From: Dictyostelium discoideum
Lineage: Eukaryota
DNA length: 64,000 nucleotides
Assembly: GCA_000004695.1 (NCBI GenBank)
Contig: CM000151.3
Location: forward strand, 2,624,001-2,688,000
Reading direction: 5' to 3'
A program made the translations under genes and the position numbers. Shown piece by piece: positions 30,670-40,498 of this stretch; position 1 is the stretch's first letter, and each line of letters starts with the position of its first letter. The notes beneath the pieces were generated by a model. The model did not search any database and had not been told where the DNA came from. It worked only from the letters and a program-made list of their open reading frames with translations.

Positions 30670-30960
30670 TTTTGTTTCGAATTTTGAATTGTATTATTAC
30701 TTTTGATTAAAACATCTTTTTTGTTCCAACTTTTTTCTAAATCTTTTTTTATTTTATCGTCTGGTTCGTGATTGATGTTTATGACGTATTTGAATTGTTT
30801 TTTTTTTAATTGAGTTTTATCCACAATTTCGCTTATTTTTTGTAGGCATTTGTGTTGCTTAATATTTGTGGTGTTGTTTGTGATTTTCATTTTATTTTCT
30901 TTCTATTTTTTATATTTTTCTTTAAAAAGTTAAAAATCTGGAAATTTTCTGATTAACTTG
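30670..30960 (-). repeat. 3' copy of the ~290-bp B-like module, near-identical to 35590..35875. It is flanked by oligo(A) tracts (plus-strand T runs at 30651-30672 and 30966-31020). The short C-like module plus terminal oligo(A) is at about 30535-30650.
   Basis: The shared block ...gtattattacttttgattaaaacatcttttttgt(t)ccaa...gtaggcatttgtgttgcttaatatttgtggtgttgtttgtgattttcattttattttctttcta...cttgggttcccagg appears at both locations. Confidence 0.8.
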
Positions 30961-30966
30961 GGTTCC

Positions 30967-31024
<58 letters not shown>

Positions 31025-34000
31025 TTATTTATAGAAAGTACTGAGTGAATTATTGTATTTTTTGAGATGTTTAGGAAGTTCTATTGCGTGAAGAGGTGAG
31101 TTCCATTGTCTGCTAAATTGTAATAGCTTTAGCGAGATTAGTGAGTCTAATTTATTTTGTTCTTCTGGCCGTTGCTTTGATTTGATTCTTAATGTTTTGT
31201 TTATAACCGCTTGTGTCCTGTCCCATGCAGCTCTTTGTGTTTTAATTAGTTCACGTATGACTTGTTGTCTGTGAATTATTATTTCTTTTTCATCGTGAAT
31301 GAGTTTATTTCTTTTGTGCCAGATTTTATCGAATATAATAGCTATTAAATTGGCTACTAGTGCAATTTGTAGATGGTTTAAAATCTTCACATTCCAGGTG
31401 TGAGTGGTGTGTCCACACTTAGTTAGGGTGTAGTTGAAGATTTCTTGTGTGTTTTTGATGTGGGCTTTGCAGTTGAAGAATATATGTTCTGAGGTCTCAT
31501 CTTCCCCACACTGTTGGCATGGCATGTTGTATATTTTTGGTAGTGCTTTCAGTGTGTATCTCCATAATAGATCTCTACCTTTCATGTTTATTATTTTTTT
31601 GATTTCTTTAAATGGAAGGTGTTTGCTATTAATTTTGGTCATTATTTCTTTTTGGCCAGGAGTTGGTATGAATTTGTTGTGTTCAGGAGATTGAGTTGTC
31701 ATCATATCTTCGTATATTTTTTTTAATTTTGGGAGGTGTTCGTAGTGTGTTTGTTTATTTTGTGGAGTTTTTAATTGGGTCCATGCTTGCTTGCATTGCC
31801 AGTGTAGTTGTAGTTGATTTTGTTTTGTTGTTGTTTTGTTGTTGTTGTTGTTTTTGAGTTCCTCTTCCCACAGTTTTATATATGAACTAGGAGTGTTACT
31901 TACTCTTTGGTGGAGGTATCTTTCGAATAACCATGCTTTCTGTGCTAGTTCTCTTGTCTTCAGGTTCCATAAGTTTAGGCCACCATTGATATAGTTGTTT
32001 TGTCTTCTTTGTAGTGAAAGAGAGTTTTTAGATTTTGTGTTGAAAACGAATTTTACGATGTTATTTTCAATACTATTGTGTTGTGGTGTGGTGTTGATGT
32101 AAGTGTGGAACGTTAACTGAGATAGTGCATATGTTTTTGCCATTATGAGTCTGCCCATATAGGTTGATGAAGTTGAGTTCCATGTTACTAGTTTAGCTCT
32201 GATGTTGTCTGAGATTGTATTGATTTTGGATTTGATACCCTTATTGTTGAAGTCAAAGCCGAGGTACCTTTCGTTTGATTTTATGACGGTGTATAGCGTT
32301 CTGGTGTTCCATTTGAAAGTGATACACGAGCATTTGGTTTGGTTTATTTTTGCGCTGGTTGCTTGGCAAAACTTCTTGATCCATTCATTCATGAGGAAAT
32401 GGTCCATAAAGTTGTATGCTATTGTTGCTGTATCATCGGCGAACTGTAGTATTTTAATGGTTTCTTTGGTTACACCATTGATGCAGCGGTCATTTATTAT
32501 AGTAGTTGCCATGCATTCAACCACTAATGCGAAGATAGTGGGAGAGATAGGATCACCTTGTTTGGTTCCTCTTTTTGATGTAAAGCTTTTAGATAATGAG
32601 TTATTGATGTACACTGATGTTTCTGATTCATTGAGTAAGTTCATTATTGTGAGGACCATTTTGAGTGGTAGTTTTAGATGTGCAAGAGTACGTAGAATGG
32701 CGTTATGTGAGATTGAATCGAATGCTTTTTCAAAATCATAAAATGTTATGATTGGTTCCATATCCTCTTTTGTGTTAATCTCTCGTTTTATTATTTCTAT
32801 TGTTGAGTTTAAGGTGATGATGTTATCGTGCAGTAGTCTTCTTGGTACGAATCCAGTTTGGAATGGTGAGATTATTTTGTTTAAGAACTTCAGGATCCTA
32901 TTGTTGATTATTTTCGAATAGATTTTGTAATCGACATTTAGAAGTGTTATTGGTCTATAATTATCCAGGTTGTTTGGGTCTCCTTTGTTTTTATATATAG
33001 TAATCAATATCCCTTGTTTGAAGTCCTTTGGGATTGTTGTGTTCCAGAAGTGATTGTATAGTTTTGATATTATTGGTAGAATTTCATTAATGTGGTTTTT
33101 GTAAAATGTTGGAAGGAGTCCATCTTTACCAGGTGCTTTTCCTTCTTGTATTTTTTCAATGCCTAGTCTGATTTCATATCCTTCTATTGGTTGATTAATT
33201 TCGTCCAATATCTTTTGATCAATCCTTTTATTGAATGTTTTTAGGAGTTCGTGGTGAGTGTCTTCGTTGCATTCTCTCTTCTGGTACAGGTTCTCGTAAT
33301 ATCTTCTTGCTACTTCGAGGATATCCTCGTGTTTTGTTACCAAACAATTGTTGCTTGGATCTAGAATTTGAGGGATTTCATTTGTCTTTCTTTGGACTTT
33401 TAACCTTCTGGTTAAGTATTTTGATGGTGTTTCTTTGTTGTTGATGTGGGTGTTGGTTTGGTTTGCTTGTTTTATTCTTACTTGTTCCTTTAGAATATTG
33501 TTGATCTCTTCTTTAAGGAAGATTGCTCTTGAATCTTTGGCTGTTTCGAGTTTTTCTGCGAGTTCTTTTAGTTTGTTTTTGGTTTTATTGCTTTCTCTAA
33601 TTTCTATATTAATTGACAGTTTCTTTATTTCATCTTTTAGTTTCAACCATTGTTCGCAAATGTTTAATTTGTACCATTTGCTGGTGTTCTCTTCGAATTT
33701 TTTATTGTAGTATTTAATTGTTTTATTAATTTTGAGGCTGGTTGAATTCATTTTGAGAGTTTCTAGGTTTTGTCTCCATAGTCTTTCTCCTTTCTTTTGT
33801 TGCTCGTATTCTGGTATTTTTAATTCAATGATTACCATGTTGTGATCAGATTTTAATTTGATTTCCTTAGTAGTAACTATTGGGTTTAGATGGAGTATCT
33901 TCTTTGAGACAAAGACCCTATCGATGGTTGATTTGTTTCTTGGAAATGTGATTCCATTCTTAATTTCTGTAAATTCGAATTCGTCGAAGATTGTTTTAAT

Positions 34001-34246
34001 ATATTTGTTAAGGTTATTATCCACTGAACAGTCTACATTGAAGTCTCCAGTTATAATATCGCTGTGTAGTATTTCTTCTGTGAGATTTTCCTTATACCAT
34101 TCATGTCTTTCGTTTGACTTTGCTGGGGCATAAATGGTTGTGCATTTGATCTGTGTTTTTGCAATCATCCATTCGGAAGATATAATTCTTTCGTTTATTG
34201 TTTTTGTTGTTGTTTTTATTTGGGTGTTGATGATGATTTGTGACAC
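31025..34246 (-). CDS. Retrotransposon ORF2 (APE endonuclease + reverse transcriptase + Cys-rich C-terminal domain), 1073 aa, no internal stops
   Basis: Motifs as above: ITGDFNVDCS (EN), SDHNMVIIELKI (EN), FADD (RT), CQQCG..H..C knuckle. Confidence 0.85.
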   Translation of the reverse strand: MSQIIINTQIKTTTKTINERIISSEWMIAKTQIKCTTIYAPAKSNERHEWYKENLTEEILHSDIITGDFNVDCSVDNNLNKYIKTIFDEFEFTEIKNGITFPRNKSTIDRVFVSKKILHLNPIVTTKEIKLKSDHNMVIIELKIPEYEQQKKGERLWRQNLETLKMNSTSLKINKTIKYYNKKFEENTSKWYKLNICEQWLKLKDEIKKLSINIEIRESNKTKNKLKELAEKLETAKDSRAIFLKEEINNILKEQVRIKQANQTNTHINNKETPSKYLTRRLKVQRKTNEIPQILDPSNNCLVTKHEDILEVARRYYENLYQKRECNEDTHHELLKTFNKRIDQKILDEINQPIEGYEIRLGIEKIQEGKAPGKDGLLPTFYKNHINEILPIISKLYNHFWNTTIPKDFKQGILITIYKNKGDPNNLDNYRPITLLNVDYKIYSKIINNRILKFLNKIISPFQTGFVPRRLLHDNIITLNSTIEIIKREINTKEDMEPIITFYDFEKAFDSISHNAILRTLAHLKLPLKMVLTIMNLLNESETSVYINNSLSKSFTSKRGTKQGDPISPTIFALVVECMATTIINDRCINGVTKETIKILQFADDTATIAYNFMDHFLMNEWIKKFCQATSAKINQTKCSCITFKWNTRTLYTVIKSNERYLGFDFNNKGIKSKINTISDNIRAKLVTWNSTSSTYMGRLIMAKTYALSQLTFHTYINTTPQHNSIENNIVKFVFNTKSKNSLSLQRRQNNYINGGLNLWNLKTRELAQKAWLFERYLHQRVSNTPSSYIKLWEEELKNNNNNKTTTKQNQLQLHWQCKQAWTQLKTPQNKQTHYEHLPKLKKIYEDMMTTQSPEHNKFIPTPGQKEIMTKINSKHLPFKEIKKIINMKGRDLLWRYTLKALPKIYNMPCQQCGEDETSEHIFFNCKAHIKNTQEIFNYTLTKCGHTTHTWNVKILNHLQIALVANLIAIIFDKIWHKRNKLIHDEKEIIIHRQQVIRELIKTQRAAWDRTQAVINKTLRIKSKQRPEEQNKLDSLISLKLLQFSRQWNSPLHAIELPKHLKKYNNSLSTFYK

Positions 34247-34458
34247 CCCTTGTCCTGTTTTATCAATTGGTGCGTGGTGTGTTATTTTGTTTTTATATTG
34301 TTGATTTATTGAGTAAATTTTATTTGTTTTTATATTTGTTTCAGTTAGAAGTGCTGCGTCCAGCTTGTTGTTGTCTAATACGGTGTTTATTATGCTGGCA
34401 GATTGGATGGTGTTGGATCCTTGGACGTTCCAAACACCTATTCTTATTGTGTTTTTCT

Positions 34459-35793
34459 TTATAGTTTTATTTGGGGTAGATTTTTATCTACCTTTTGAAG
34501 TTTCTGGTTTATTTTGTCTTCTAACTGATCTTTACTTTGTTCGTTGTGTTGTTGGTCTTGTGTGTTTGTGGGGTTTTTTGATTTACTGATTTGTTTTAGA
34601 ATTTCCTTGTTGAAGTTGTCTATATCTTCATCCATTTTTGTTTTTATGCTTTTTTGTCCATATTCACCCAATTTTGGTTTGACTGGTGTTTTGTTGGTCC
34701 TGTTTGTTTTGTCTTGTTGTTTGTTTTTTGGTGTGTTTAACAATTTACTTGGTGAATCGATAATTTTCGATGGTGTACCATAGGTTGGGCTGAAACTCAT
34801 GATATGTTTTATTGGAGAGGAGAAGAACCATTGATTTGAAGGGATTGAAAGTGGGAATTCTATTTTTCTTATTGCATCAGTGTTTGGGCTGGTGAAGTCG
34901 AAGATATCATTTACCTCTCTAAGTTTTTCTTCCGTTGTTAGTCTCTTTGTTTCGCCGTGTTGTTTTATTGGTGTATTGTATGGAGATGGTGGTTCAATAG
35001 GTTTTTCTGATTTTGTTTTAATTTCTTGATTGTTTATCGATTGGGTATTGATCTCATTCTCTATTCTTGTTAGTTCATCTACGTTTTCTAGTGATGCATC
35101 TATTACCTTTTGAGCTGTATCATCTAGGGCCATAAATGTTTTATCATTAGATGAGGAGGTGATTGGTGGGATAATGATTGTTCTTTTTCCTTGTTTTGGT
35201 ATTTGTTCTGATGTAGATTGTGGTTGTTGTTCATCTGATTGTTTTTTATTTTTGTTTTCTTCTTGATTTTCTGGTAATGAGGTTTGATCTCTCCATCCTT
35301 TGTTGGAGTGACCAATTAATGTTAGATTGTCTAGTTCAATGATAGTGTCATATTCTTCTACGACTCTTTTCACTGTTTTGATAATTAGAGTTTCGCCTTT
35401 AATTTCAGATTTAATTAGTTTACATCCTTCATTTTCTATTACCCATTCTATTTCTGTGAGTGATTTATACCAATCGAAATCCGTATACATATTTTTTGGT
35501 CTTAGAGTGGTTATAAATTGTCCTTTTAATTCTGCATCGAACATATTTACAAAATAGATTACTGTACTAATACTGTCTGTGAGAATTTTGAATGTATTAT
35601 TACTTTTGATTAAAACATCTTTTTTGTCCAAACTTTTTTCTAAATCTTTTTTTATTTTATCGTCTGGTTCGTGATTGATGTTTATGACGTATTTGAATTG
35701 TTTTTTTTTTAATTGAGTTTTATCCACAATTTCGCTTATTTTTTGTAGGCATTTGTGTTGCTTAATATTTGTGGTGTTGTTTGTGATTTTCAT
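34459..35793 (-). CDS. Retrotransposon ORF1, 444 aa, intact
   Basis: It starts MKITNNTTNIKQHKCLQKISEIVDKTQLKKKQFKYVININHEPDDKIKK.... The first 57 codons are duplicated in the 3' B-like module (ORF 30645..30890). Confidence 0.75.
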   Translation of the reverse strand: MKITNNTTNIKQHKCLQKISEIVDKTQLKKKQFKYVININHEPDDKIKKDLEKSLDKKDVLIKSNNTFKILTDSISTVIYFVNMFDAELKGQFITTLRPKNMYTDFDWYKSLTEIEWVIENEGCKLIKSEIKGETLIIKTVKRVVEEYDTIIELDNLTLIGHSNKGWRDQTSLPENQEENKNKKQSDEQQPQSTSEQIPKQGKRTIIIPPITSSSNDKTFMALDDTAQKVIDASLENVDELTRIENEINTQSINNQEIKTKSEKPIEPPSPYNTPIKQHGETKRLTTEEKLREVNDIFDFTSPNTDAIRKIEFPLSIPSNQWFFSSPIKHIMSFSPTYGTPSKIIDSPSKLLNTPKNKQQDKTNRTNKTPVKPKLGEYGQKSIKTKMDEDIDNFNKEILKQISKSKNPTNTQDQQHNEQSKDQLEDKINQKLQKVDKNLPQIKL

Positions 35794-35869
35794 TTTATTT
35801 TCTTTCTATCTTTTATATTTTTCTTTAAAAAGTTAAAAATCTGGAAATTTTCTGATTAACTTGGGTTCC

Positions 35870-35912
<43 letters not shown>

Positions 35913-35915
<3 letters not shown>

Positions 35916-37535
35916 TCTTTTTTATATGAAAAATGAAATAATCAAAAAAAGAGATTGTTGTTGTTGTTTGTTTTTTTTCGATCTGATTATTTTTTGCTTT
36001 TTTTTGAAAATTTTGCTACGCAAAATTCTCAAAACGAAACAAATAATAAATTACAATAAAGTAAAAAGATGGCTTTTTAAGATAGTTTATTTATTTATTT
36101 ATTTGTTTTTTAAGTCTTTTTTATATGAAAAATGAAATAATCAAAAAAAGAGATTGTTGTTGTTGTTTGTTTTTTTTCGATCTGATTATTTTTTGCTTTT
36201 TTTTGAAAATTTTGCTACGCAAAATTCTCAAAACGAAACAAATAATAAATTACAATAAAGCAAAAAGATGGCTTTTTAAGATATTTTATTTATTTATTTA
36301 TTTGTTTTTTAAGTCTTTCTTATTTGAAAAATGAAATAATCAAAAAAAGAGATTGTTGTTGTTGTTTGTTTTTTTTCGATCTGATTATTTTTTGCTTTTT
36401 TTTGAAAATTTTGCTACGCAAAATTCTCAAAACGAAACAAATAATAAATTACAATAAAGTAAAAAGATGGCTTTTTAAGATAGTTTATTTATTTATTTAT
36501 TTGTTTTTTAAGTCTTTTTTATATGAAAAATGAAATAATCAAAAAAAGAGATTGTTGTTGTTGTTTGTTTTTTTTCGATCTGATTATTTTTTGCTTTTTT
36601 TTGAAAATTTTGCTACGCAAAATTCTCAAAACGAAACAAATAATAAATTACAATAAAGTAAAAAGATGGCTTTTTAAGATAGTTTATTTATTTATTTATT
36701 TGTTTTTTAAGTCTTTTTTATATGAAAAATGAAATAATCAAAAAAAGAGATTGTTGTTGTTGTTTGTTTTTTTTCGATCTGATTATTTTTTGCTTTTTTT
36801 TGAAAATTTTGCTACGCAAAATTCTCAAAACGAAACAAATAATAAATTACAATAAAGTAAAAAGATGGCTTTTTAAGATAGTTTATTTATTTATTTATTT
36901 GTTTTTTAAGTCTTTTTTATATGAAAAATGAAATAATCAAAAAAAGAGATTGTTGTTGTTGTTTGTTTTTTTTCGATCTGATTATTTTTTGCTTTTTTTT
37001 GAAAATTTTGCTACGCAAAATTCTCAAAACGAAACAAATAATAAATTACAATAAAGTAAAAAGATGGCTTTTTAAGATAGTTTATTTATTTATTTATTTG
37101 TTTTTTAAGTCTTTTTTATATGAAAAATGAAATAATCAAAAAAAGAGATTGTTGTTGTTGTTTGTTTTTTTTCGATCTGATTATTTTTTGCTTTTTTTTG
37201 AAAATTTTGCTACGCAAAATTCTCAAAACGAAACAAATAATAAATTACAATAAAGTAAAAAGATGGCTTTTTAAGATAGTTTATTTATTTATTTATTTGT
37301 TTTTTAAGTCTTTTTTATATGAAAAATGAAATAATCAAAAAAAGAGATTGTTGTTGTTGTTTGTTTTTTTTCGATCTGATTATTTTTTGCTTTTTTTTGA
37401 AAATTTTGCTACGCAAAATTCTCAAAACGAAACAAATAATAAATTACAATAAAGTAAAAAGATGGCTTTTTAAGATAGTTTATTTATTTATTTATTTGTT
37501 TTTTAAGTCTTTTTTATATGAAAAATGAAATAATC
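35913..37535. repeat. Tandem array of about 8.16 near-identical copies of a 199-bp unit, forming the 5' end of the retroelement. It is consistent with the TRE5-A A-module, which is reported to occur in variable copy number.
   Basis: Period is exactly 199 bp (the ORF-track ORFs at 35926, 36125, ... 37319 are identical 69-aa artefacts). The unit is aagtcttttttatatgaaaaatgaaataatcaaaaaaagagattgttgttgttg...ttgctacgcaaaattctcaaaacgaaac...ttatttatttatttatttgtttttt. The copy at 36113-36311 carries three point differences. Confidence 0.9.
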
Positions 37536-37583
37536 CATATATATTTATAAAGCTAACAAGCTTTATTACAACTTACATACAAA

Positions 37584-37666
37584 GCAAGGGTAGGAAAGTC
37601 TGGTTAAATCCGTGTGACTTAAGATCTCATCCATTCGGTTCGCGAGTTCGAATCTCGCCTCTTGCA
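37584..37666 (+). tRNA. tRNA-Leu (anticodon UAA), class II with a long variable arm, 83 nt
   Basis: Acceptor GCAAGGG/CTCTTGC (one G-U pair) with discriminator A. D-arm GGA..AGTCTGGTTAAA..TCC. Anticodon loop CT-TAA-GA. T-arm GCGAG-TTCGAAT-CTCGC. A T5 run starts at 37670 (Pol III terminator). Confidence 0.85.
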
Positions 37667-37919
37667 ATGATTTTTCAACTTCATTAATAGGATCATATGT
37701 TCGACTCCTTTTTAATCCTTTAAACATTTATTAAATAAAAACTTAATCTAGATAAAATTGATGGACATTATTTAAAAAAATTAAAAAAAAACTGGAGATT
37801 GTTCGTCACCAAATACACAATCCAATAATAAATAAAAAACGGTGGCTTAGATATGTTGGATTTTGGCCATTCTAGCAAAACACATAATAAGAAATAATAG
37901 TAAAAAATTTTCTAAAAGG

Positions 37920-38660
37920 AAAAATCAAATTTTTTATTATCTAAGTTTTGGTTTAAATGAAAAACCAAAAATTGGAGTACCATCAATTTTAGTATTTTCA
38001 AATGGTGGTAAAATATGGAAATTTAAGACCAAATTGGTTAATAAGAGATATAATTCATCTTGGGAGAAACCCATACCAACACAATTTCTAACACCAATAC
38101 TATATGGAAACCAATTATTTGATTAATTATTTTGATAAATGAATCTTTCTGGAATAAATTCATTTGGTGATGACCAGTATTTTTCGTCTCTAAATATTGA
38201 ATAAAGTGATTGAATGATTTGAGCACCTTTTAGAAATGTATATTTACCATTATCAATTGTAAATTCTTCAATTACTAAACGTGATACACCAATGCTACTG
38301 GTGGGTATAATCTTAATACTTCTTTTAATGAAGCATTAAATAAAGGTGTCAATGGCCGGTGAGATAAATTAATTAATTTATTTTCACTTGGTAATTGTTT
38401 TAATTGAAATTCTTTGCGATTACATTACTCTAGAGTAAACCATTTCATTGTAGCACTATTATTTTCAACTGCAGCTAAAATTCATTTGTAATTGAAATAA
38501 CTGAACACTCTTCTTTTCCATTTACTTTTCTATATTCTGAAATAATTGAATCTAAAACATCTCTTGGATTATCAATATAAATTGTTTCACAATGTTCTTA
38601 ATAATATTTATTAATTATCTTTTTCAAGGGGTCTGAAGGATGACCAAAAATTTTTGAATA
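37920..38660 (-). pseudogene. Cytochrome P450 pseudogene fragment. It covers only the C-terminal ~230 aa equivalent, with multiple in-frame stops and frameshifts.
   Basis: The minus-strand conceptual translation gives ...NPRDVLDSIISEYRKVNGKEE.., LKEVLRLYPPVALV (K-helix ExxR / PPV region), FRDEKYWSSPNEFIPERF (PERF motif) and FPYSIGVRNCVGMGFSQDELYLLLTNLVLNF (heme-binding FxxGxRxCxG). There is a TAA between PERF and the heme loop and at least three other stops or shifts. The +ORF 37863..38126 and -ORF 38038..38226 are pieces of it or its antisense. Confidence 0.75.
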
Positions 38661-38752
38661 AATAAAATAAAATGGATAACAATTATTATTGAGAAAAATT
38701 AATTCTGATTAATCTGTGAAATATTGCTATTTGAAATTTTTTTTTCAAAAAT

Positions 38753-38823
38753 GGCTCCTTAGCATAGTGGTATTGCGCTTCCCTAGTAAGGAAGAGGTCA
38801 TGAGTTCGATCCTCATAGGAGCC
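38753..38823 (+). tRNA. tRNA-Thr (anticodon AGU), 71 nt
   Basis: Perfect 7-bp acceptor GGCTCCT/AGGAGCC with discriminator T. Anticodon stem CTTCC/GGAAG with loop CT-AGT-AA. T-arm ATGAG-TTCGATC-CTCAT. TTTT lies immediately 3' (38824-38827). Confidence 0.9.
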
Positions 38824-38849
38824 TTTTAAAAAATTCTGTTAAATAGATC

Positions 38850-39060
38850 AAGGGATCGATTCTCCAAACAAAAAAACAAACAAACAAAAAAACAAACAAA
38901 CAAACAAAAAAACAAACAAACAAACAAAAAAACAAACAAACAAACAAAAAAACAAACAAACAAAAAAACAAACAAAAAAACTAACAAAAAAACAATCAAA
39001 AAAACAATCAAACAATCAAACAATCAAACAATCAAACAAACCAACCAACAAACAAACAAA
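38850..39060. repeat. (CAAA)n / (CAAACAAACAAAAAAA)n microsatellite, about 200 bp
   Basis: Directly visible downstream of tRNA-Thr. The ORF 38826..39023 is an artefact of it. Confidence 0.9.
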
Positions 39061-39112
39061 TTTTAATTAACAAACAAAAAATACTTTGTTTTAATTAGGG
39101 AGAAGCTAAATT

Positions 39113-39219
39113 TTATTTTTTCAAAAATTTATTTAATAGTCTCTCTCTTCTAAAATACATCATTTCAATTTTTTCTTTGGGAATGATACCATTATTTTGG
39201 TTATTATTTTGGTTATTAC

Positions 39220-39283
<64 letters not shown>

Positions 39284-39894
39284 TATAAAATTGATTGGTA
39301 TTATATTTTGGGTAAAATGCATTTGACCAATTAATATAAAATATCTTTTTGTAAGAATATTTTTAGCTTGTGTTGAAATTAGGTATTTTGAGATTTTTTG
39401 AGAGGTTTTAAAAAATAATTGTCTTCCAAAATTACCAAAATCATAAAGAGTTATTAAAAATTTAAATATTGACTCTAATAATTCTTTTGAATCCCTATTA
39501 TCTATAATTGTTTGTTCATTTGGATATCTTTCAAAGTCAATGATATTATTATTATTATTATTAGTATTTCTTTGAAAGAAATAAGTTTTTAATTTAATTA
39601 AACTATTTCTTATACTTGTATTATGAGATTCCTTTAAATTTTGTTGTACTTGATTTATTGGATCATTATAAATTATTTGAATTATAATTTTAATGAAATG
39701 TTTGATTAATTTCATTATAATTAAATTTATATTATCATTTTGATTTTCATCACTATTATTATTATTACTATTTTCATTTTCATTTGTTAATGATAATAAA
39801 TCCAATCTTGAAGAATAACAATAAAGGAAAGAATTAAATAATTTAAAAATTTCAATTTTACTTGATATTGACTTTTGGTTGAAATTTATAAAAC

Positions 39895-39977
<83 letters not shown>

Positions 39978-40436
39978 ATAAAAATTGATTTAAAAATTAA
40001 AATAAAATTATGTTGAATTATATTATGTAAATCAATTTCTTGATATTTTATATTATTTTTAAATAAATATTTTGTAAATTTAATTAAAACCAATTGTGTA
40101 TGAATACAAGCACTACCATTACCACTAAAATAAAAACCAAATAAATCATTCAATATAAAAGATTTTAACTTTTCAAATTTTAATAAATGAATTGATAAAT
40201 TTTTAAAAGATTTCTTTTTCCTTTGATTCATTTGTTGATCAAATGATTTTAATATGTGAATGAAAATCTTTGAAAACCAATAATTATAATTTGGAAATAC
40301 TTTATCAAATGAATAAATCAATTGATTTAAATCTTTTACATTCTTATATTCTAAATCTTTTAAAAATAAATCTATAAATTTTGATCCAATACTATTATTA
40401 CTAATAATATTATTATTATTATTTAAATTCTTTTGA

Positions 40437-40498
<62 letters not shown>

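Larger units (their letters stand above)
30535..37535 (-). mobile_element. Non-LTR, tRNA-gene-targeted retrotransposon with TRE5-A (DRE)-like architecture, apparently full length. Order on the minus strand is 5'-[~8.2 x 199-bp module]-(A)37-[B-like module]-ORF1-ORF2-(A)55-[B-like module copy]-(A)22-[short C-like module]-(A)n-3'.
   Basis: ORF2 has an APE-type endonuclease (GDFNVDCS...SDHNMV), a reverse transcriptase (..FADDTATIA..) and a C-terminal Cys/His knuckle (CQQCGEDETSEHIFFNCKAH). ORF1 is intact. The 5' end is exactly 48 bp upstream of, and divergent from, a tRNA-Leu gene. The modules are separated by oligo(A). The 3' boundary at about 30535 is approximate. Confidence 0.85.

Noticed and set aside
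31434-34589. Several 70-180-aa + strand ORFs inside the retroelement (31434, 32202, 33235, 33435, 33858, 34240, 34365, 34544, 35327)
   Set aside because: They are antisense of ORF1/ORF2, Leu/Phe-rich as expected from reading a GC-poor coding strand backwards. An antisense transcript may exist for TRE5-A, but a protein product is not supported.
35926-37528. Eight identical 69-aa ORFs (MKNEIIKKRDCCCCLFFFDLIIFCFF...) spaced 199 bp apart on the + strand
   Set aside because: They are translation artefacts of the 199-bp tandem module array of the retroelement. Their composition is low-complexity and the spacing equals the repeat unit exactly.
35913-37535. Possibility that the regular 199-bp array is a CRISPR-like repeat-spacer structure
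   Set aside because: This is eukaryotic DNA. The whole 199-bp unit repeats with no unique spacers, and it is part of a retrotransposon 5' end.
37584-37666. Possible intron in tRNA-Leu, because the anticodon stem has a U-U mismatch
   Set aside because: A single mismatch in a 5-bp stem is tolerable. The loop gives a clean CU-UAA-GA, and inserting an intron does not improve the fold.
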